In this document: in pieces, positions 50,101-52,602 of the stretch
How the letters are laid out: each line of letters starts with the position of its first letter
How positions within the stretch are numbered: the first letter of the stretch is position 1
Source: a virus
Lineage: Duplodnaviria > Caudoviricetes
Reading direction: 5' to 3' (one strand)
Virus record (IMG/VR): IMGVR_UViG_3300032246_000731
Location: 1 to 52,602 of that record
Length of the DNA: 52,602 nt
Position numbers and translations under genes: made by a program
Notes under the pieces: model-generated
What the model saw: only the letters and a program-made list of their open reading frames with translations
Databases searched by the model: none
What the model was told of the DNA's origin: nothing

Positions 50101-51433
50101 TACCGTCATACGAGAATGCCAATACTTGATCGCGAGCATACCCTACTGCATCAATAAGTTGAATAAGTTGGCTACTAATAATAGTTGAATTTCGGCTAAG
50201 GAAATAAGAAGTAGCATATTGTAAACTATTATAATTAGATCCAATAACTAAGTCAGTGCCAACCGCATCTAAAATAGCTACTATATCTGTTTGATATCTT
50301 TGTTGGTCGTAAGTAAATGAATTTACATATTTGCTGTTAATATAAGCAATAGTTTCAGCTTGGATGAATAGTTTATTAGAAGTTAACAATGCGGCCGCAT
50401 CAACGTATCCCTGAGTTGAGCTGTTACCGCCGCTTAGTGTAATACTTTGTATTGTTGAATTAAATTGGTTAGGGCTGATTGTATAGCTGATTTTCTGACG
50501 ATATGGGCCTGGCTCTAAACTTGCTAAACTTTGTAATGTCTCTGCTTGTAATGCGGCCGCACCGACTGTCTTGTAAGCATGTGCCCAGTTGCGACCTTCC
50601 CGCCCTGCTGGAGTTTTTAATTGTGTATCATCGCCGTCTGTACGAACATATAAGTTTACACTACTAACAAAAACTTCGTTGTCAACATAAAATTTAGTAG
50701 CGGCTTGTTTGTCATCCGCACTATTTGGAGTTCCGAAACCAGCTACCGGGCTTGGATGATCGCTAAGTGTAAGTTTACCAAGCATAGTATCGCCACCGCG
50801 GTATACTGTATTTTTACGAGGTAATACTTCATTACTTAGATAGTTACTTGTTAATGTTGGATCGTATGTTGAATCAGTAAGATCTGCAACAAGTGGTTCA
50901 TCTCGAACACGTAATGCTCCGGCCACTATGTTACCTGTTCCTTTGCTAACATAGTGGGAATCGGCATAACCCTTGCTAATTGCAAGTTTATCAATAGTTG
51001 TGCTAATTCCTAAACTAGAAAAAGTTGCATTGAACGCTGACACAAGTGCCGGACTTGGGTCTGGAATATTACCAATAGCCAAATTATTAGCGTTGAACGG
51101 GCCGCCTAATCGTGGAGCACCATCAGCGTACAAATTACTTTGCGTTCCAACTAATCGTAGTTCGCCCGCACGGCTGTTATCAATACTAACGCCACCAGTA
51201 GCAGTTAGTGTTTTGGCAAGTATTGCTGTACCTGCATCATTAGTAATGAATATTTGGTTATTAGTATACGAACTAGGAGCGTCCCCTAGAGCTGTAAACT
51301 TAATAGTTCCACCTGCTCCAAAAATAGCATATATTTCGTTAAAGTTTTCATTTACTTTACGGAACGAGTCGCGAATACTATCGCCTGTGCCATCATTACC
51401 TTGTATACCAATGTCTATTTCTTGACGTGCCAT
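38132..51433 (-). CDS. Giant tail fibre/adhesin-like virion protein (4433 aa) with probable C-terminal intramolecular chaperone
   Basis: GNDGTGDSIRDSFRKVNENF N-terminus, ATKFYVD fibre motifs, Thr/Gly/Ser-rich repeats, C-terminal DLAEYY...GRVPVKV...IGKALE. Confidence 0.85.
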   Translation of the reverse strand: MARQEIDIGIQGNDGTGDSIRDSFRKVNENFNEIYAIFGAGGTIKFTALGDAPSSYTNNQIFITNDAGTAILAKTLTATGGVSIDNSRAGELRLVGTQSNLYADGAPRLGGPFNANNLAIGNIPDPSPALVSAFNATFSSLGISTTIDKLAISKGYADSHYVSKGTGNIVAGALRVRDEPLVADLTDSTYDPTLTSNYLSNEVLPRKNTVYRGGDTMLGKLTLSDHPSPVAGFGTPNSADDKQAATKFYVDNEVFVSSVNLYVRTDGDDTQLKTPAGREGRNWAHAYKTVGAAALQAETLQSLASLEPGPYRQKISYTISPNQFNSTIQSITLSGGNSSTQGYVDAAALLTSNKLFIQAETIAYINSKYVNSFTYDQQRYQTDIVAILDAVGTDLVIGSNYNSLQYATSYFLSRNSTIISSQLIQLIDAVGYARDQVLAFSYDGTALNTYLNLVIDALNIDMVFNSNYQSILMARYFSYANTGLSVTEIIGALQQLQIALINGSSLLGNPVDAAVNSFTNNISTMIVVIQGGIEPALSMTPLVSTTTSQVSARTLLISNISFIQAEIVAWLGANYPKLAYSQSTCKRDVKYIVEAIAYDQQYGGNSKTIYAGQRYWANYARQIASSELNATKGAIAYINTLAQAIISNTSPAQVYQNSVSQYQNQTYSGGSAQSSRVSNLISLISGTSFSVLATNATGSALTTTSTVNMTVGMPITFDLTSTITVTGFQSKTGTGPYLVSVVVPTQTVLPVVGSSFTVSGNSNTSYNGTFTVSSRTATSIVLSYPSDPGIYGTGTTILTPYLGGITAGNTYYIIEITDTTHFKISTQLNGVSVSLTSATMNVSATYAGLLSANIAPAITYPNYALGAATLVTIYGNINTNKSTTINSIVLFVNNSYPYINNSSAITGITSLFQVIIDTLTKSLTYRSLLSLNAPSTLAASPKNAAIMLVKNTAFISQEVAGWLKQNYPSFAYVDSDGKDQWIRDIRSLVEAVAYDVTYGSTSGSTTAANLFWTSAVVNGVTTYTSTIDASEKSTKIAALGYAQQLSAAVAGNNTPASLYQQYLPKTVTYVSKSGTGPYLVTLNIPKTIIPMDPGTSVAISGNTTVGFNTTVSVVSCTDTTMVVSYPSNPGTWSITTATTYTVVQTIDTNYPGGSSASTTVNDKWDRIINVIDLNPPSLVVTKPDLSISPYALSGFVGVRTTMVVNSYAVAQATTAYLNIKYKGGFNYNEATCRRDIGYIVDAMSIDLLTGGTYQSINAGKSYYKNSSAKSIAIGTQNTETVDGIQYARTLGLQVLNQTSASRYQTLVSQTIDGTKNANSGYSATATYSSGTGTQIVVSGISGTILPGMTLTGAGFLGGRTVTAVDGTTITISSAPAGTPSGTLTFILTAITTFTSNYAVMLNIVQNGIGVAPTPSFGSGIYTVTFSNGGNGYVDQCPPGDYNILPGKILRGVGSNATANILSYSPGVSSNADTITCQLLQPGFFVANEELEFAESVGALQIVIFVEAGVYYEDYPIRMTSNVSIKGDEFRRTIIRPLDRISQSPWRKLFFYRDSVIDGMQIGPIDATADYVPTTNITSFVSKTLVSGTTYDVLFNIPTQTYVPSTTLTYTIAGNTNLSYNGTFACTTSTSSSITLRYLSDPGTFNTNSITTIGPLVSATISGTIGKIIITLSSNMQASVQWLGYVFQSDVLDSNGKPGLAVVDSVSGNFMNCTVMYPFSQTGTMTINYTNGYTFQVGETVTQTGTTSSATGQILSVSSNSITYKVTSGVMSTLSGAITGSTSGATASVSAIQFGVLAPTTWHLYTTSNYGRHYLTDPLDINSTPLNNRDIDLFLCGNAVRVNNLTMEGHGGFAMVLDPEGQIKSKSPYGQVATSFSRSQNKQVFAGGQFVDGFTGRLLGTITYASADGFTLIVTGGVNSGLDVRAPQTPTAFFVKGGRYQINTVSNYTQTFDVNGNVIGGSVQLNLGAQTPWLQGTGQAINIEMAGNKSMLANDFAMINDLGYAILAANGGLTEQVSTFTYYCWTSFWALNGGQIRSIGSSSAHGTYALRASGYDVTEKPDSVSLAQNLAQVARIFNPTSLPQSSTNNQFYGNMNTGAISVYIYGYDYFPTQISELEIDHTLAGKGLVRYQINSISHTTVYVPTGSVGTNYKYVSTTYTAAGSSGTTLVVASTAGVVIGMTVTGVGFTRGQQVTAVSLDGITLTLNGAPDSTPTNGQALTIGDTVTVSGGNLGGVSSKFTGNTTTGQNFIASAGTLVAVRTSPAVLVQGYISKTGTGPYLVTFQIPTQSVAPSATTGYVVAGNSNSNYNGTFSATTGTYTSITISYPSDPGVYSSTNYTTIMFPSATAATFDTKVGSAPNIYVTYIISAVATAPLVGGLYTIAGNTTASYNGTFVCTASTLTSLTLRYTSDPGASGGSATTYNFNGSVITGPNIPFNTTALATTGGNTVILSTTATATAAGSTFSSNAGSDLVAYVTGVTNTGLSTFTYTGVPTAGGSGVYSNTYATSSSGIGVYATFNITATTSFGSGTVGSISGSGPWTATITGMTSTTGLAVGTTLSATAGTGTLFGGTPTTVYITSIVSGTSITYKVIGGTTPTAGTVTSIQSTSAYTSATIGGQNVLLCTLSTSGTGGTSSTGLAAPLYDGQLVQLRVLQNFKFYEIDNVNPTRPSTAVQFADNLGSIYRVLTYNLTEATNEVLPAYQAVLSTDQSFQYYLFQADTANVTKTDPIDSSKTMGSTPGDTRIAVNVFGPQANIDQVNKGTYAFAFGGKVHSIASYTPPVTTTVFTGYNPTGSSGTTVVVGGNFTGTITSGSATITNVSSFTGIVVGEIILGKGIPAGTTVISTNNGASSLGISSAATATGSGVTFMYGSTAGLTVGMTIKGVGFASAQTISSITPSSIASFVIADTVGTITVTSGTYVIGQAINISGTFGGTGSLIVGGTTYSAAGTSNMTAGVNFYVGKVNSVTSIQICSSYANAIATSPTFITSTAGTPTGLIYALVSNTIVLNAGPSSVPSGTLTFTKATVPYITLGANQYSITSTSSSPITISRWTSRGQVAATFVPTGTITGNITSGSTSILGVSSLTNIIAGTNISGTNIPGNIVVTATSTTSPSTITLADASGVAVGNAITFTSSGTTFGNIPQPGALTTSTTYTSITGTSTVSASTYTGVKAKIGNGSGSGAIFSVTKTGSGTTWTGVTSITMTTPGQNYTVGQTVTLSGGNLGGTDGVNDLTFTIATEVGQNTFYVISKATNAITISKTYGGSALANITTGTGSITGRTDNIIQSTSSTATFTGNTTTGSNVITNVQLTAFNTLVVGAQLSGSGVGAGATVTSFNNTGVQSTSTITVTALGNGNNTGATITITSNTIVLGAAATGSATTQSLSYNNLSTSIKVYTSDRTQYITAGATVVGNGFSNGQYVISATPSATGEPYTTVVLSAVPSSTPFGVLGFWTYSSVSGPWYTTFEIPTQSTAPVVDTYYLMAGNSTTLYNKYVQVVASSTTSITLAYTIDPESAIVATYNPSGSTGVTLKVSGTTGISVGMLVRGPGFIADQKVTAVDIDGVTLTLSSAPSSTPTGNITFFTQYGTGATTITPSTTGISRPMSSTVTTPLRAGYQAGAAAQITTRISTCRCSAHDLLDIGTGGYNTTNYPYQIYGNPYQKADQTKEVLEETVGRVFYVTTDQNGIFRVGRFFTVDQGTGTVTFSASIALSNLDGLGFKRGVTVSEFSTDSSMTNDASDTVPTQSATRGYIDNRLGLQHSGASTPATALIGPGFMALSGQLPMKGNMSMGGFNIGSLGTPLLQNDATNKFYVDTTVNDTDSIYKVKDSAKRMGSSVINGQILVYGTSNTNNALGTGAWTNASFDTTSDVNISWDGSTLLSTIQGAVVTTAYTSGGTSVIAGSLTGTIDGNVLTVTGAPTITIVPGMILTGGTVAANTVIVDYKTGIGVAGTYVINNFQASGTTVTGGSTIPLTLASTTGIVRGMVLSGTGFSSGQVVTGIVNTVIVNISAVGTSPSGTMTFTRDGSINDGKVSSTADIQQSKLLLTIATSRASAPTGTAKQKQAASGLASFDNNILTVTDGWVSLKTATSTSDGIAVAKMSWIAPNSVLANISGSNAAVSVTTTTAMVNNGDGIRNGDIPTSTSSTGAVIRTGVKAYDCIPISTSGGNDSIVKTTGAGLIDVKGIKIAGLPSSGNILQINSTTLEFYTPGNVKFMQSLGSSTATTTHYGSHDFSQTGASITVTSLTSGGNTTDGTLTGRWSLASGSSLNCSVGTFTTRSITTGREDLDCPMTGVYTLVGASKLQATYAGDLAEYYEGDEEYEVGTVLVFGGEKEVTVTGEMNDTRVAGVVSDNAAYSMYAACPGLKNLIALQGRVPVKVVGRVRKGDLLTTSSTPGYAVKATDPKLGSIIGKALENKDNGEAGVIQVAVGRM

Positions 51434-51437
51434 GTTT

Positions 51438-51761
51438 TTAAACTCCGAAGCTAGAACCGCAACCGCACGTTGTTTGTGCGTTAGGGTTTTTAATTGTAAA
51501 AGAACTGCCCATTAGCTCTTCTTTATAGTCTATTTCTGCACCTGTTAGATATTGCATACTCATTGCATCTACAAGTACTTTAAATTCATCTAGAGGAATT
51601 TCAAAATCGTCCTCGTTTGCTACTTCATCGAACGTAAATCCATAGCTAAATCCGCTACAGCCACCGCCTTGTACAAATGTACGTAATGATAAATTTGGGT
51701 TACCTTCTTCGTAAAGAAGATCTTTGATTTTTGTTTTTGCTGATGCAGAGATTGTGATCAC
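51438..51761 (-). CDS. erpA: Iron-sulfur cluster insertion protein (ErpA/IscA, HesB family)
   Basis: [17 protein letters not shown] and [14 protein letters not shown] motifs. Confidence 0.92.
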   Translation of the reverse strand: MITISASAKTKIKDLLYEEGNPNLSLRTFVQGGGCSGFSYGFTFDEVANEDDFEIPLDEFKVLVDAMSMQYLTGAEIDYKEELMGSSFTIKNPNAQTTCGCGSSFGV

Positions 51762-51779
51762 ATTGTGCCCTCGATATGA

Positions 51780-51816
51780 TATTTATCAAAGCAATTTTAT
51801 AACCTTAATGTAAATA
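51780..51816. promoter_or_regulatory. Divergent late-promoter-like TAAATA motifs
   Basis: GATAAATA on minus (51780-51787) and GTAAATA on plus (51810-51816) in a 59-bp divergent gap. Confidence 0.5.
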
Positions 51817-51820
51817 GTGT

Positions 51821-52108
51821 ATGTTCATACGCACTGAATTCAGGGAATCACACCATGTACGCACTAGCAATAGGGGCATTACACACACCTATAGACGTAA
51901 AAAAACTGTAGTAGTTTTACAATGCGATGCTTGTAGTGAAATCATATATCGTGATAAAGGGTCAATGGATCCTAAACGATTAACCAATAACTTTTATCAT
52001 GTATGTGCTGATTGCGATCCTAAAAAATTCGCACAAAGCAAAGGTGTGGAGTCCCGTAAGATTTGGGATATACCTGCTAGTAGCTTAAAAACTATAAGTC
52101 AATTATAA
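51821..52108 (+). CDS. Hypothetical zinc-ribbon protein
   Basis: CDAC and CADC pairs, basic. Confidence 0.65.
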   Translation: MFIRTEFRESHHVRTSNRGITHTYRRKKTVVVLQCDACSEIIYRDKGSMDPKRLTNNFYHVCADCDPKKFAQSKGVESRKIWDIPASSLKTISQL

Positions 52109-52111
52109 CTG

Positions 52112-52119
52112 TATAAATA
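52112..52119 (+). promoter_or_regulatory. T4-type late promoter TATAAATA
   Basis: Exact T4 late consensus upstream of AGGAG and ATG 52140. Confidence 0.65.
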
Positions 52120-52139
52120 GAAAACAGGAGATTAACATT

Positions 52140-52373
52140 ATGTTAAATGCACTTAAGAAATTGTTTGGAATGAAAAAAGCTGAAACACCAGCGGCTGAAG
52201 TTCCATATAAAGTAGAAACGCCAGTAGCAGAACCAACATCAGTTGCTGTTCAAGCTAGTGAAGCTATGGTTACATCGGTGGCGCCAGCAGTTGAAGCCAA
52301 GCCAGCCAAAAAGCCAGCGGCTAAAAAAGCGGCGAAACCAAAAGCACCACGTAAGCCTAAAGCGGCAAAATAA
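52140..52373 (+). CDS. Small Ala/Lys/Pro-rich protein with histone H1-like tail
   Basis: Amphipathic MLNALKKLFG start; KPAKKPAAKKAAKPKAPRKPK tail. Confidence 0.7.
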   Translation: MLNALKKLFGMKKAETPAAEVPYKVETPVAEPTSVAVQASEAMVTSVAPAVEAKPAKKPAAKKAAKPKAPRKPKAAK

Positions 52374-52399
52374 TAATAGGGCCTTGCGCCCTATTATTA
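52371..52399. terminator. Bidirectional terminator
   Basis: TAATAATAGGGC-CTTGC-GCCCTATTATTA between convergent ORFs. Confidence 0.75.
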
Positions 52400-52602
52400 A
52401 AATTTGGCTAATTGCTGAGAGTAATTAGCCATATCCCCTTGTATCTGAACTCTTCGTTGTTCGCTGATACCGGGGTTTTCTTCTAGCTCTTCTCTAAGAG
52501 TTTCCAACCTAAATATCAGTTGTTCTCGAGATAGCTTTTGGCTTGATTGTACAGTTCCAGGCTGGCGAGGTTTTTGCCCTTGCTTTCGCACATTATGTCG
52601 AA
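52397..52602 (-). CDS. Hypothetical protein, possibly the 3' end of a gene starting outside the window
   Basis: Frame stays open to the window edge; helical C-terminus. Confidence 0.5.
   Translation of the reverse strand, partial: RHNVRKQGQKPRQPGTVQSSQKLSREQLIFRLETLREELEENPGISEQRRVQIQGDMANYSQQLAKF

Noticed and set aside
261-51425. Numerous plus-strand ORFs in the track (e.g. 38826-39608, 41934-42509, 13366-13899, 19304-19801, 23294-23809)
   Set aside because: They lie antisense to well-supported minus-strand genes, lack RBS or family motifs, and reflect codon bias of the real genes
38132-51433. Possible CRISPR array or diversity-generating retroelement repeats in the repetitive fibre gene
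   Set aside because: Repeats are seen only at protein level; I saw no identical spaced DNA repeats, no adenine-specific TR/VR pair and no reverse transcriptase
1-52602. Stop-codon reassignment as seen in some large phages
   Set aside because: Long ORFs tile the window under the standard code, and TAA, TGA and TAG (e.g. 2222) all end genes
1-52602. tRNA genes, introns or inteins
   Set aside because: Intergenic gaps are short and show no cloverleaf by eye; polymerase, ClpA and clamp loader have normal lengths. A tRNAscan/Infernal run would be needed to exclude them fully

Overview
The window is a gene-dense, AT-rich segment of a large tailed dsDNA bacteriophage (T4-like/jumbo myovirus style, standard genetic code), with almost all genes on the minus strand. 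It falls into five blocks: (1) 1-9 kb, a replication and nucleotide-modification block (family B DNA polymerase, sliding clamp, UDP-glucose dehydrogenase, a TGT/DpdA-like transglycosylase and two sugar-type oxidoreductases); (2) 9-18.7 kb, probable head-packaged proteins with shared N-terminal leaders and shuffled modules, including Dps, a HIGH-motif nucleotidyltransferase and a KWDG-motif protein; (3) 18.7-23 kb, a proteostasis operon (DnaJ, peptide deformylase, ClpA); (4) 23-31 kb, a Gram-negative lysis cassette (GH19 endolysin, spanins, holin), PhoH, clamp loader, GroES and a DnaE fragment; (5) 31-51.8 kb, tail/baseplate genes including a 4433-aa fibre and an ErpA-like Fe-S protein suggestive of a proteobacterial host. 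The most striking observation is an apparently intact animal-type (peroxidase-cyclooxygenase superfamily) haem peroxidase domain inside a baseplate-type virion protein. Sigma70-type promoters, T4-late-like TAAATA motifs, terminators and two structured 5' leaders are also visible. All calls come from reading motifs by eye; no database searches were run.
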